A stretch of DNA of 64,000 nucleotides from a virus (Duplodnaviria; Heunggongvirae; Uroviricota; Caudoviricetes). The notes beneath the pieces are model-generated. The model did not search any database. It was not told the DNA's origin and saw only the letters and a list, made by a program, of their open reading frames with translations. The translations under genes were made by a program, and so were the position numbers. The stretch is from the IMG/VR virus record IMGVR_UViG_3300029305_004950, positions 125,430-189,429 of that record, one strand, 5' to 3'. Position 1 is the first letter of the stretch. Each line of letters opens with the position of its first letter. Shown here piece after piece: positions 48,313 through 58,586 of this stretch.

Positions 48313-48752
48313 AAGAATTCATTATATGCTCAACTTATAAATTTTCTTTAAATGCTGGAAATACTCATTTAGTAAAGAGTTAATCAGCAGCTAAAAAATT
48401 AAATGAATTTTTGTTTATATATTTTAATTACGTTCCCAACTCCATGAGATCGTAAAAGTATTCTAAAAACCCTGAGAATACTAATGAGTATAGTTTTAAG
48501 GCTGGTCTATACTCATCCCTCCTTTCCAAAAGTATATAATCAAAAAATCATTTTTGAAGAAGTCTTTACAGGTGACTTCTTTTTTTTTAGTTCAACGACT
48601 ATTTTTGTAGGATTTAAATGAATCTGAAATAAGAAAACTATCTTATATGATAGAAGATATAGTCTAAACTTTATTGAAATATAAAGATTAGTGTAGATTA
48701 ATGGACTACACACTTGAAATAATGATATAATGATACGCAAACTCCAACAGAT
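48313..48752 (+). mobile_element. group I intron core (P/Q/R/S) between two same-frame ORFs, boundaries approximate
   Basis: P AAATGCTGGAAAT 48350-48362, Q AATCAGCAGC 48382-48391, R GTTCAACGACTA 48590-48601, S AAGATATAGTCT 48654-48665, followed by P9-type hairpins. Confidence 0.55.
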
Positions 48753-49167
48753 GTTGATGAAAAAGAACTCTTATAGCCTATCAATAGATTCTCGTAATCT
48801 ACGTACAAATCAGCTTTCTGGCGATGACAAAGTAGCTAGATTAACTGAAGCGGAGAACTTTGCATCCTCAATTTGGGGAATCGAGGATGGATTAAAAGAG
48901 ATGATGGGTCCAAGAGCTGATGATAGTGTAGCTAAAACACAGCTATATAAACAAATAGCACAACAGGGTTATTGTTCTCTAAATGATATAGAAAATGATC
49001 CAGCTAATAAATACACTCTTAATACAGTTGATGTATTTATGATAGGCGCTGGATTAATGTCAGACTTAGTAACTGATGGCTTAGAATTGCGTAGAACTGA
49101 AGATGCTAGAAAACGTAGAACTTCTACATCTGAAAGAATCTCTGATAAAACTGAACGAAAAGATTAA
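48730..49167 (+). CDS. hypothetical protein; possible 3' exon (Arg/Asp-rich, composition differs from neighbours)
   Basis: 145-aa ORF in the same frame as 47980..48312, beginning inside or at the 3' end of the intron core. Confidence 0.4.
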   Translation: MIRKLQQMLMKKNSYSLSIDSRNLRTNQLSGDDKVARLTEAENFASSIWGIEDGLKEMMGPRADDSVAKTQLYKQIAQQGYCSLNDIENDPANKYTLNTVDVFMIGAGLMSDLVTDGLELRRTEDARKRRTSTSERISDKTERKD

Positions 49168-49293
49168 GTTAAATTTTCTGTATAGGATAATAAGTCCTAT
49201 ACAGAAAATTTTTTAACGTATTTATTCAAATTTTAAGTATATATTATAAAAGTAATACAATAATAGTTACTTACAAAGGAGGACTAATCACAC

Positions 49294-51060
49294 ATGGCAC
49301 AACCAATAAAGAAAACCTTACTAAAAAAGAATATGTCTATGGAGGAAATGGAAAGACAGCTTAATGCAATTACTAAAAATGATGTTTTGCTTTCTTTTAG
49401 TACATTATCTTCTAAGCAAGTAGATCCTATTTATCGTAGAAAATACTTGCAACGAATTACAAAGTTATTCACGTTAGAAGAATTGATTAAAAAATGGGGA
49501 TCTAGCAAAACTACTGTATGTAAGTTCTTTATTAACAACAAGATCTCTATTTTCGAAGAAAAAAATCTGTTTGAAAAAGAACTTAACATGCTCTTGGAAG
49601 CAGAAAATGTTACATGTAAAGAAATCAGAAAAAGAATAACATCTATGTTTGCAATGTATAGTGTTCATACTATTCTGAGACGTTACAAAATTTCATTGAA
49701 TGAATTAAAATTCTACTGTAGTTTATTTGGAATGGATGATACAACAAATTTTATTCCTGCTAAGAATGAATTTTTCAAAGATATTCCTGAAAACTATACT
49801 CTCATATTAAATACTGATATTTTGAAAAAGAAAGAGGAACAAACAATGCAAGAAACTAAAACTACTGTAGATATTACTACTGGTTTGGTAGATAAAGTTG
49901 AATTTTTAAATAAGACTTCAAATATTGATAGTCAGCATCAGATTAAGAAATCTGATGATTACTATAAGAAACCTATTTCTATTATTGAATTCCTGAAACT
50001 TCCTGAAAACACCAGAAAAGATAGAATCACCACTCTATTAAAAGATTATGATCTGAAGCATGATGAAATCGAAAAGATTTTGGGTATTCCTTCCGTAAAC
50101 TATTTTAGACAGGTCAAAGCAAGACATCTTATTTTCGATGATCTTCGAAAAAATGAGATTAAGAAAAAATTAGAAACATTCAATACCTTTGAAGAATGTC
50201 AAAATTTCATTTTGGAAGTTTTCAATTCTAATAGTTATAGTAAATATAAGTTTTCTGCAAGTGGTTTTGAAGCATTCGCTAAAAACTATTTTGGTATTTG
50301 CAAAAATAAAAATTCTCTTAGAGTTGATACATGGGAAGACTTTTGTAAGAAAATTACTAAACAAGCAGTACGTGTATACAAAAATGATTCTAGAGTTACT
50401 AATTTTGATAAAGATCAGGTGGATGAATATGATAACACTAATCGTAAAGTAATTAATCTGTCTAGTCTTATTAGAATTACTAGAGAAACTATCAAACAGA
50501 GCCATAGTGAAAATCAGAGTTGGATTTCCATCTATGACTTCAAGTCTGCTATTGAGAAAGAAGGATTTGAACTAGATTCTAATGATACTCTGATTAAGAC
50601 TATTGATAATCTCATTGCAGGTAATTCTTTCAGAAATGAAAATTTCACTCTGAAGAAGATTACTCTTGATAATCCTATTCTTTCTGATGATAGTTCTATT
50701 AGATGGGAATTTGTTAGCACTAAACCTATTGAAGCTCCTGTAGTTACTGCTACTGTTGTTAAAGAAGAAACTCCTGTAATGTCTAATTCTGAGTTGGAAG
50801 AAGCTCTTGCAACTAAGATTGAAGAAGATGTTAAAGAAGAAGTAGTAGTTACTAAGGAAGATATTAAGGAAGAGGAACAGTTCATCAAAGAACCTCCTAA
50901 GAAGGAAGAACCTGTTACTAAGAAGAAAGACTTTATCAATGACACTACTGTTAGTCTTTCTTTCAATGAAGAAAATATTGATGAAGTAATTGACTTTGTC
51001 AAGATGACTTTCAAACTGTTTGGTAGAGGTAACGTTACTCTTAACGTTTCTAAGACTTAA
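49294..51060 (+). CDS. hypothetical protein (588 aa) with acidic/Lys-rich C-terminal region
   Basis: AAGGAGG RBS. Confidence 0.55.
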   Translation: MAQPIKKTLLKKNMSMEEMERQLNAITKNDVLLSFSTLSSKQVDPIYRRKYLQRITKLFTLEELIKKWGSSKTTVCKFFINNKISIFEEKNLFEKELNMLLEAENVTCKEIRKRITSMFAMYSVHTILRRYKISLNELKFYCSLFGMDDTTNFIPAKNEFFKDIPENYTLILNTDILKKKEEQTMQETKTTVDITTGLVDKVEFLNKTSNIDSQHQIKKSDDYYKKPISIIEFLKLPENTRKDRITTLLKDYDLKHDEIEKILGIPSVNYFRQVKARHLIFDDLRKNEIKKKLETFNTFEECQNFILEVFNSNSYSKYKFSASGFEAFAKNYFGICKNKNSLRVDTWEDFCKKITKQAVRVYKNDSRVTNFDKDQVDEYDNTNRKVINLSSLIRITRETIKQSHSENQSWISIYDFKSAIEKEGFELDSNDTLIKTIDNLIAGNSFRNENFTLKKITLDNPILSDDSSIRWEFVSTKPIEAPVVTATVVKEETPVMSNSELEEALATKIEEDVKEEVVVTKEDIKEEEQFIKEPPKKEEPVTKKKDFINDTTVSLSFNEENIDEVIDFVKMTFKLFGRGNVTLNVSKT

Positions 51061-51071
51061 TAGCTTTTATA

Positions 51072-51110
51072 AAGATGCTAGTTTTCTAATGAGAACTAGC
51101 ATCTTTTTTT
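51072..51110 (+). terminator. rho-independent terminator
   Basis: AAGATGCTAGTTCTC-loop-GAACTAGCATCTT plus T7. Confidence 0.6.
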
Positions 51111-51189
51111 GTCTATTTTATAATACTTTACCTTAACAATACATTATAAACAATAAGAAAATCATATAAAAGTAGGTGAATTATATACG

Positions 51190-53649
51190 ATGAATCTATA
51201 TAATATATACACTGAATCTGCTTTAGTAAAAGCTGAACGTGATAAGTTAGCAGATTCTGATTTTGGTTTACCAAAAACTAGACAATTTCCATTACATGAT
51301 GCCGAACATGTAAGAAAAGCTATACAAATGTTTGGTCATTGTCCAGAGGAACATAGAAAAGAATTAGCGGAAAATATTTATAAGGCAGCTAAAAAATTTT
51401 CTGTAGAAATATCAGAGAAATCTCTAGTTTTCAAATATTTATCTAAATCACAACAGTCTGATATTCTAAATACTAATAGAAAACAAAAAAAGTTAAGTGA
51501 GAATAATCCATTTCTAAACTTTGTAGATTTCTATCAGTTACCTTTAACTGAAGGAAACATTGAAAAGTATAGCAAATACTACTCTAAACTAAACTGTATT
51601 CAGGAAAGTAAAGATAGAAAAGGAACATTACTAATTGATAGTAAAGATCAAGTAGCTGGATTTATTCAAGTTGATACTAAATCTGGTTATCTAAACGACC
51701 TTGAAGTTAATCCAATTTATACTAATCAAGGTATTGGTAGTAAGTTACTAAATACTAATACTGGTAAGTTAGCTACTAGAGTCAGTATTAAATCTGATAA
51801 TGACAAAACTATCAATTTTTTTAAGAATAATGGATTTGAAGTAGTTTCTGATAGTAACTATAAAACCATAATGAAACGAAAACTAGCTATTAATGAAGAT
51901 TCTGGATTTATGTTATCTGGAAATACTTCAAAACTAGATATGCAAAGTATTATGGATGAGAAATTAATAGATTCTATAGATCAATTAGAAAATTCTAATG
52001 ATATAGTAACTCAATTAGAAAATTACTTAGATTGTTTAAAAGAAACATCTGTAGCTGGATTAGCTTGTGTAGCTCCATTGGCTGGGAAAACTATAAGAAA
52101 TCCATATGTAAACAATACTGTTAGACCAGCTACTAAAGATTGTCCTAACATGTTTGACTATGATGAATTCTATGAGCCTGAAGAAAGTAATCTTACTTAT
52201 TCCGAAGACTTCTATTCATCTAAGTTAGACACTAGTGAACCAGTTGATGTAGTTAAAAATACTGCTGATAGAGATAAGAATTCTTCTAGTGTTATACAAA
52301 AACCTCAAGCTATGATGGAAAATAATAAAGATATTGATAGCAATATATTTACAAGAGGAGAATTTAAAAAATATAGAAAAGATGATTTAACAGAAAATAG
52401 AGGAGAAATAATAGTTAATGAAGATGATGGTATCTTAAGTGCTATTATTTGGGATATCATTAAGTTCATAGTAAAGTTACCATTCAAAATCGGTAAGTTT
52501 ATTGCAAGAAGAATTAAGAATTCTGATTCTCATAAAATCGAAAAAGCAATTAAAGAATATAGAAAAGCTTATGATAGTTGTTTAGATATTTCTAGAATAG
52601 CTAAAAACCATAAAGAAATTTCTTTACAACAGTTATGTAAGGAACTAGGTGCATCTTCTAGTGAAGTAAAACATATCAAAACAACTGGTATTATAAAAGT
52701 AACTGCATGGTATAAAGGTAAGAATCTAATTTCTTATTTCATAGAAATTCTAAAGAATAAAGATTCCACTCAATATGAATACGTATTAGGTATAGTAGAC
52801 GGAGATTATACTAAAGATCCTACTAAAACCTTATTATGTGCAATTATGGAGTATACTACTAATTCTTATGGTAAATACTTAGATAGACTAAATACTATCT
52901 TAAGAAAACGTGGTAAAAAGCTTTTGGAAGATGTAGTACTATTTGAAGATATAGATGCTACTGCTGCACCAAATAGTAAAGTAGTTGATTACAAAGACCA
53001 ATCTACAGATGTAATTACTGGTATCGATCGTTATACTAACCATAAAGATGAAAATGGTTGTTATTATATAAAACTAAATGCTAATGAATATGAAGATCAA
53101 GTACAAAAGAGTCTAATTCTGCCTTATATTAATGAGGATATGTTTATTACTTCAGATTTACATCTAAATCATAAGAATCGTAACTCAGCTAACTTAGCTA
53201 ATATTCTAGTTAGTGAGATTAATGCTAAAGTTTCAGTAGATGGTGTATTAATGATTCTTGGTGATCTAGGTAATAAAGGTGATGCTAATCAAAAAGAATA
53301 TCTTAAATCTTTTATACAGAGACTTAATGTAAGTAAGAAAATCTTAATACTTGGTAATCATGATAACTTATCATTAAAAGATTACTACGATATGGGATTT
53401 ACCTTTGTTTCCGATAGATTAGAAAATGATGATTACATTTTCTCTCATTGTCCTGAAGATCCAAAAAATAAGATCAATGTTCATGGACATATTCATGATG
53501 AAAAAGAATATTGGAACATACCTGCTGAAGGGCATATCAATGTTTATATCAATTCTCATAATTATAAAGTTCATACATTAAGAGAATACTTAAAGTTTTA
53601 TAAACAAGGTAGATATAAAGGTAAATCTGTAAAAAAGAAATTTAATTGA
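51190..53649 (+). CDS. multidomain protein: GNAT acetyltransferase-like domain + C-terminal calcineurin-like metallophosphoesterase
   Basis: GNAT motif A NQGIGSKLL near residue 190. MPP motifs ITSDLHLNH (D.H), MILGDLGNKGD (GD..D), ILILGNHD (GNHD), HGHIH (GH.H) in the last ~200 aa. Confidence 0.6.
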   Translation: MNLYNIYTESALVKAERDKLADSDFGLPKTRQFPLHDAEHVRKAIQMFGHCPEEHRKELAENIYKAAKKFSVEISEKSLVFKYLSKSQQSDILNTNRKQKKLSENNPFLNFVDFYQLPLTEGNIEKYSKYYSKLNCIQESKDRKGTLLIDSKDQVAGFIQVDTKSGYLNDLEVNPIYTNQGIGSKLLNTNTGKLATRVSIKSDNDKTINFFKNNGFEVVSDSNYKTIMKRKLAINEDSGFMLSGNTSKLDMQSIMDEKLIDSIDQLENSNDIVTQLENYLDCLKETSVAGLACVAPLAGKTIRNPYVNNTVRPATKDCPNMFDYDEFYEPEESNLTYSEDFYSSKLDTSEPVDVVKNTADRDKNSSSVIQKPQAMMENNKDIDSNIFTRGEFKKYRKDDLTENRGEIIVNEDDGILSAIIWDIIKFIVKLPFKIGKFIARRIKNSDSHKIEKAIKEYRKAYDSCLDISRIAKNHKEISLQQLCKELGASSSEVKHIKTTGIIKVTAWYKGKNLISYFIEILKNKDSTQYEYVLGIVDGDYTKDPTKTLLCAIMEYTTNSYGKYLDRLNTILRKRGKKLLEDVVLFEDIDATAAPNSKVVDYKDQSTDVITGIDRYTNHKDENGCYYIKLNANEYEDQVQKSLILPYINEDMFITSDLHLNHKNRNSANLANILVSEINAKVSVDGVLMILGDLGNKGDANQKEYLKSFIQRLNVSKKILILGNHDNLSLKDYYDMGFTFVSDRLENDDYIFSHCPEDPKNKINVHGHIHDEKEYWNIPAEGHINVYINSHNYKVHTLREYLKFYKQGRYKGKSVKKKFN

Positions 53650-53653
53650 AAGG

Positions 53654-54445
53654 ATGATAAAAAAGTATATGTTTGATGAAAGATCTTGTTGTTTAGAAGA
53701 TGCATCCTATTCTATTTTCAGTGAATCTAAAACTAATTACATTATACAAAATAATGAAAAAATGTATCCTATTTATATTTTCTGTTTATCAGGTAATTGT
53801 ATTGCATCTAAAGCAATACAGAAATTTACCAAATCTCCATATAGTCATGCTGCCATTGGTTTTGATTTAGCTTTTAAAAACTTATATTCATTCAATTTTG
53901 ACAATCTAAGAATGGGTGGTTTTAGTAATGAAAGCTTAGCTGGTTATATCGAAGAACTAAAATCAGAAGATGTTTATTTTAAAGTAAATGTATTTTTTGT
54001 AAGAGAAAAATACTATAAGATTATAAGAAATAGAATTTCATACTATAATAAACATAGTAAGGATACTAAATACGATTTTGTTAATTTAGTACGTAATGTA
54101 TTCAAAATACAGGTTAAAGTAGATAGTTTAAAACTAGTATGTTCAGAATTCGTAGCTGCTGTTTGTAACTTTGCAGGTATTAGTATTGTAAATAAGCCAA
54201 TTAATCTAGTAACACCTAAAGATTTAGCTGATGCTGATAAAACTAATAGAAAAGTATATAATCTTTATGAAGGAACTTATAAAGATTTCTCAGTCAGTTC
54301 TATGCGTGGTAAATTAGCAGGTATTAAACATAGAGGTGGATTTATTAGAGTATCTACTAAAAATATGACTAATGAAAATGTAACTAGTAATAAGAAAGAG
54401 TTATATGATATGTGTACTTTCTTAGAATACAAAGAATTTAAGTAA
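53654..54445 (+). CDS. putative permuted papain-fold (NlpC/P60-like, His-before-Cys) peptidase
   Basis: SPYSHAAIGFD (His) precedes LVCSEFVAAVCNF (Cys), the order seen in YiiX/PPPDE-type permuted peptidases; weak call. Confidence 0.35.
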   Translation: MIKKYMFDERSCCLEDASYSIFSESKTNYIIQNNEKMYPIYIFCLSGNCIASKAIQKFTKSPYSHAAIGFDLAFKNLYSFNFDNLRMGGFSNESLAGYIEELKSEDVYFKVNVFFVREKYYKIIRNRISYYNKHSKDTKYDFVNLVRNVFKIQVKVDSLKLVCSEFVAAVCNFAGISIVNKPINLVTPKDLADADKTNRKVYNLYEGTYKDFSVSSMRGKLAGIKHRGGFIRVSTKNMTNENVTSNKKELYDMCTFLEYKEFK

Positions 54446-54474
54446 TATTTTCATTTTAAGGAGGTTAATTAACT

Positions 54475-54627
54475 ATGACTGAAATTGAAAGACTGAGACA
54501 AAAGAAACAAAAAGAAGAGGAAGAAAAGAAAAGAAGACAAACTACTAAGCAGGATTATAATCGTATAATTACTGAAGATGGTACTTTAGCTTCTTTTAAT
54601 TTCAATGATAATTACAAATCTAAGTAA
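54475..54627 (+). CDS. small Lys/Glu-rich protein (50 aa)
   Basis: AAGGAGG RBS 10 nt upstream; below the track cutoff. Confidence 0.45.
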   Translation: MTEIERLRQKKQKEEEEKKRRQTTKQDYNRIITEDGTLASFNFNDNYKSK

Positions 54628-54637
54628 TAATAGAAAA

Positions 54638-54680
54638 AATTTAAGTCTAACTACTTTTTACAGTAGTTAGACTTAAATTT
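54638..54680 (+). terminator. rho-independent terminator
   Basis: AAATTTAAGTCTAACTACT-loop-AGTAGTTAGACTTAAATTT plus T's. Confidence 0.6.
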
Positions 54681-55045
54681 TCACGACACAAAACCAAAAA
54701 TAAGGAGAACAAAAATAAAAACACGGACAAATCACACAAGAGGAGGACCACATACGAAAATCAGAAAGGACTATGTTCCACAGAATCTTTCGCCATAAAA
54801 ATTCTATGACCTATTCTATATTAACTTTCACCCCGGCAGAAAAATATAGAATCTTATTTAGTAAGCTTAATATGAAGAAATTCACGACCATTTCCTTTTA
54901 GATTTATACTATCTGCGAGAAAAAAACAAGATAGTAATTACTCTTTTTAAATCTAAAACATCATATAATTACTTACAACTCTTAAGTAAAGGGTTTTATA
55001 CTAAGACATTATAAGTATATCACTTACCTATTAATAAAATGTTCA

Positions 55046-55645
55046 TTATCTTTTATTCTTTAATTTACAATTAATAAATTCTATTAATTGTTCTTTATTA
55101 CTCATAACTAATAGAGTTAATAGATAAGAAGAAATATATTCATCCAATTTTTTAGTAATAGTCATTATCTCAGTATTGATATAATCCTTATTACTAGCAT
55201 CAGACTTTTCAAGCTTTCTTTTAAGAGCATAAAAATTTTTTCTAATAGAAACATAACGTTGAAATTTCTTATCTTTAATCTGTCTTAAAAACTTTTCATC
55301 ACGAATTAAACGAGTACCATTATCATAAATCATAGGTTCCATATCATGATAAACATCTTTAGCTAAAGAAGAAAAGAATTTACTAACTTCTAATTCATTT
55401 CTAACATCAGCTAAATCATAATCCTTATGAATAAATCTCATTAATTCAAATTCAGTAATATCGAGTTTCTTAAGAAACATATCCTTTTGATATTTCTTAC
55501 GAGCTTTTTCTAACTCTTCTGGAGTTATTTTATCAATACAATCATACTCATCATCTATAATGTCTGATAAATCAGTATTCTTTACTAAAGTAGCTGCTTC
55601 GTCTAATAGATCTGCATCATTTTTAATTTTAGACATTTTAATCAC
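55046..55645 (-). CDS. hypothetical protein
   Basis: 199 aa. Confidence 0.5.
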   Translation of the reverse strand: MIKMSKIKNDADLLDEAATLVKNTDLSDIIDDEYDCIDKITPEELEKARKKYQKDMFLKKLDITEFELMRFIHKDYDLADVRNELEVSKFFSSLAKDVYHDMEPMIYDNGTRLIRDEKFLRQIKDKKFQRYVSIRKNFYALKRKLEKSDASNKDYINTEIMTITKKLDEYISSYLLTLLVMSNKEQLIEFINCKLKNKR

Positions 55646-56297
55646 TTCTTTCCCTATTCAATTTTTTTAATTCTTTTGTATATTCTTTATAATCTTTATG
55701 ATATACTAAAGAATTTATTAGATTACTACTATATTTATGTTTTTTAAATTCATTAAATACTTTTTTAATAGTATCACTATCTGTATAGATAATTTTATCC
55801 TCTAAATCTTTATATGTTAAAACATAAGTTTTATCTGGTTTTACTGGGACATCAATAGTGAACTCTTCAATAGATTTATCATGCCCTCTACCTACTAATT
55901 TTGTAGGTACAGTTTTTTCATAAATAAAAACTTTATCTGATGTAAATAGTTTTATAAACTTTTCTTTATCTTTTTTATCTACTAATACTTTCATATTAGG
56001 AATATCAAAAGCACATTTAATGTTAATATCATTTTTGATTAATTTTCCTAAGTATTCATAAACTGCAAAAGTTTTTGAATGTTCTATATTATTAAACCAG
56101 AAAGAAGACATTCTACCAGTAGATAATCTAGTTCCAGCATTATATGAATTTGGATTAATGTTACTTAAACTAAAAGAAGAAGCATGATATAAAGTAATTT
56201 CTTTACCTATAAATGGTTTAGTTAATTTAGTTTCCAATGTTTCATTTAAGAATATACATTGTGATTGTATATATAGCTGATTATCATTTAAAATCAT
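55638..56297 (-). CDS. hypothetical protein
   Basis: 219 aa; overlaps downstream gene start. Confidence 0.5.
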   Translation of the reverse strand: MILNDNQLYIQSQCIFLNETLETKLTKPFIGKEITLYHASSFSLSNINPNSYNAGTRLSTGRMSSFWFNNIEHSKTFAVYEYLGKLIKNDINIKCAFDIPNMKVLVDKKDKEKFIKLFTSDKVFIYEKTVPTKLVGRGHDKSIEEFTIDVPVKPDKTYVLTYKDLEDKIIYTDSDTIKKVFNEFKKHKYSSNLINSLVYHKDYKEYTKELKKLNRERSD

Positions 56298-56350
56298 ATT
56301 TAGTTCACCTACTTTTATAGTACATATTAATATATTGGTAGTTACTTTAT

Positions 56351-56392
56351 ATAGATTATAAAAAAAGATAGTATTATAAAAATACTATCTTT
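56351..56392 (-). terminator. rho-independent terminator for leftward transcripts
   Basis: AAGATAGTATT-loop-AATACTATCTT flanked by T/A runs. Confidence 0.5.
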
Positions 56393-56400
56393 TTTTATAA

Positions 56401-56835
56401 TCACATACTAATCACAAACCATTTATTCTTAGTAGAATCAAACTTAACTGTATAACTAAAAGATTTAGTTCCAATTTCTTTATCACTACTAAAACTAATT
56501 AAATTGTATTCGTCTTTTTCTTCCCAAAAGACTCTACTATGTTTTGGCTCTTTAAAGAAATATGGACAAATACCATCAGACAATTCAGTTCTCATACTAG
56601 GCTCATAACTAAATTCACTAGACTCAAAGAAAGAAAGTAAATCACAAGCCTTTTCTTTAGATATATTGTTTAGCATCTTTGCAAATTCATAATCTCTTGG
56701 ATGGCAGTTAATATGGTTATGTAATTCATCACAAAATATTCGCCAATACTCATTTCTACCAACTAGATTTTTTAGTTGATAATAATACTCTTCATAATTC
56801 TCATTTGAAAATATCGATTCTTTACTAATAATCAT
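56401..56835 (-). CDS. hypothetical protein
   Basis: Internal ATG at 56835 with AAGGAGA RBS preferred over the track start at 56859. Confidence 0.45.
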   Translation of the reverse strand: MIISKESIFSNENYEEYYYQLKNLVGRNEYWRIFCDELHNHINCHPRDYEFAKMLNNISKEKACDLLSFFESSEFSYEPSMRTELSDGICPYFFKEPKHSRVFWEEKDEYNLISFSSDKEIGTKSFSYTVKFDSTKNKWFVISM

Positions 56836-57241
56836 AATGGGATTCTCCTTATCTTTCATTCAATCTTTTCATTTGTTCTGCAACTTGTTTTCTTTTTTCA
56901 ATTTCTTCTTCAATCAAGTTAATTGCATAGTTTCTATTCATACTAGGTCTATATCTTTTAGATTCTTCAAGTAACATGTTTAATTCTCTATTAGTCATTA
57001 CACTAACTTCTTTTTTTGTTATTTTACAACAATCATAAATTGAATAAAAGCTAAGATCATCATCTTCTTTTTTCCCATAAAATAGTATTCTCCTTTAAAA
57101 GTTTTATAGTATATACTATTATAATATATAACTATAAAATTTTATTATACATATTTTATTATATGCTTAGTTTTTATATATAATTATTTTAATCCCCTAT
57201 ATTATTAGTATTTAATAGTTTTAATTAAAAATTTTTATAAA

Positions 57242-57275
57242 AAAAGAGAATTACTTTTAAAGTAATTCTCTTTAG
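57242..57275 (-). terminator. rho-independent terminator for leftward transcripts
   Basis: AAGAGAATTACTTT-loop-AAGTAATTCTCTT. Confidence 0.5.
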
Positions 57276-57282
57276 TTTAAGA

Positions 57283-57582
57283 TTAATCAGGAAGTAAAGA
57301 AAGAAGTTCTCTAGTTGAAAGAATAGCGCATTCTACACCATTGCTATTTACTTCAGTAAACATTCTTTCAAGTCCACCTCTAGTTTCAGTATATTTCTTT
57401 TCTTCGTCAGTTAGTAAATCAAGGAACTCTAGAGCAACTGCTAACTTACTACTTTCATTAATAAATTTTCCCCAATCTTTAACTTCAGTATAGTAAGTAT
57501 AATTAGAAAATTCTGGTCTATGACAATTCTTAATATAAAATTCTTCTACAATACTTTTTGCATATTGAGTTTTTGTCATCAT
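57283..57582 (-). CDS. hypothetical protein
   Basis: 99 aa. Confidence 0.5.
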   Translation of the reverse strand: MMTKTQYAKSIVEEFYIKNCHRPEFSNYTYYTEVKDWGKFINESSKLAVALEFLDLLTDEEKKYTETRGGLERMFTEVNSNGVECAILSTRELLSLLPD

Positions 57583-57597
57583 AGAATATTACCCCTC

Positions 57598-58176
57598 TTA
57601 TCTAGCTTTAAAGAATTGAATTTTTCTAATTTGTGTTTTAGATAACTTCCAAAATGTAGCCTGAATGTATTTTCCTTGTATAATCCATCCATTATCAATT
57701 GGATCAATATTGAAAATATTATTCCAACTAAGCTCAATTTGTTTTTGTCTTTCGTCGTTAGGTAAAGAATCTAACCAATTATTAATCACATCCCATTCTT
57801 CTTCATTTTTAGAATAATTATGATGCCAATTATTAAGTATATAATGCCATGAATTATGATCTGATAATACAATATCTTCATCAGGAATTTCAATTTCCAT
57901 ACAAACACATTGAGAACCTTTATTACCTAATCCAATACATCTTAAATCAGGTTTTTTATGTTTCCAGTTGTATGTATACCATGCCCATACTGGATATTGT
58001 ATATTTAAAGGAGGTTGACCGATTTTTTCTTTCATTTTTTCAACTAACCAATCATATTGTTTTTCAAATTGCATAGTTTTAATACAACTTGATTCATGAT
58101 TCGGATCACAGAAATAATAACCTTGTTTTTGAATTAAATCATAAACTTCTAGTGTTTGTATTGTCCATAAAATCAT
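57598..58176 (-). CDS. hypothetical Trp-rich protein
   Basis: 192 aa. Confidence 0.5.
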   Translation of the reverse strand: MILWTIQTLEVYDLIQKQGYYFCDPNHESSCIKTMQFEKQYDWLVEKMKEKIGQPPLNIQYPVWAWYTYNWKHKKPDLRCIGLGNKGSQCVCMEIEIPDEDIVLSDHNSWHYILNNWHHNYSKNEEEWDVINNWLDSLPNDERQKQIELSWNNIFNIDPIDNGWIIQGKYIQATFWKLSKTQIRKIQFFKAR

Positions 58177-58212
58177 TGATTAAGAATCAACTCTTTTCTT
58201 AGAAATGTCTTA

Positions 58213-58410
58213 TTAATAACGAGAATCAATAAGTCTAAAGATAGCGTTATCAATAGATTCTTGAGTTTTAAAAGATTTAAGAACTTCTAATTCTTTCTCA
58301 GTAGGATTGATATAAAAGTCATCCTTAAGAATCTTTAATTTTCTATTAAGATATTTGTTATGATCATTTTCCCATCTAGGATTATAAGAAACAGCGTTAC
58401 CAATACTCAT
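58213..58410 (-). CDS. hypothetical small protein
   Basis: 65 aa. Confidence 0.45.
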   Translation of the reverse strand: MSIGNAVSYNPRWENDHNKYLNRKLKILKDDFYINPTEKELEVLKSFKTQESIDNAIFRLIDSRY

Positions 58411-58586
58411 TTTAATTCTCCTTTGTAGTAATAAAATACTAGTAAACTCAATCTATGTTCACTATAGTTAAAATATATGTATATAAAGTGTAAAAATACG
58501 AATTTTTTCATAAAAAACAATAGAAAACTATAAATTACTAATCATTAAACTTGATTAATTTTTATAAAGGAAGGAAAATAAGAATT

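Noticed and set aside
55638-56297. Possible ADP-ribosyltransferase fold (YHASS ... R..STG ... E) in ORF 55638..56297(-)
   Set aside because: The motif spacing could not be matched convincingly to R-S-E or H-Y-E ART families by eye; left as hypothetical.
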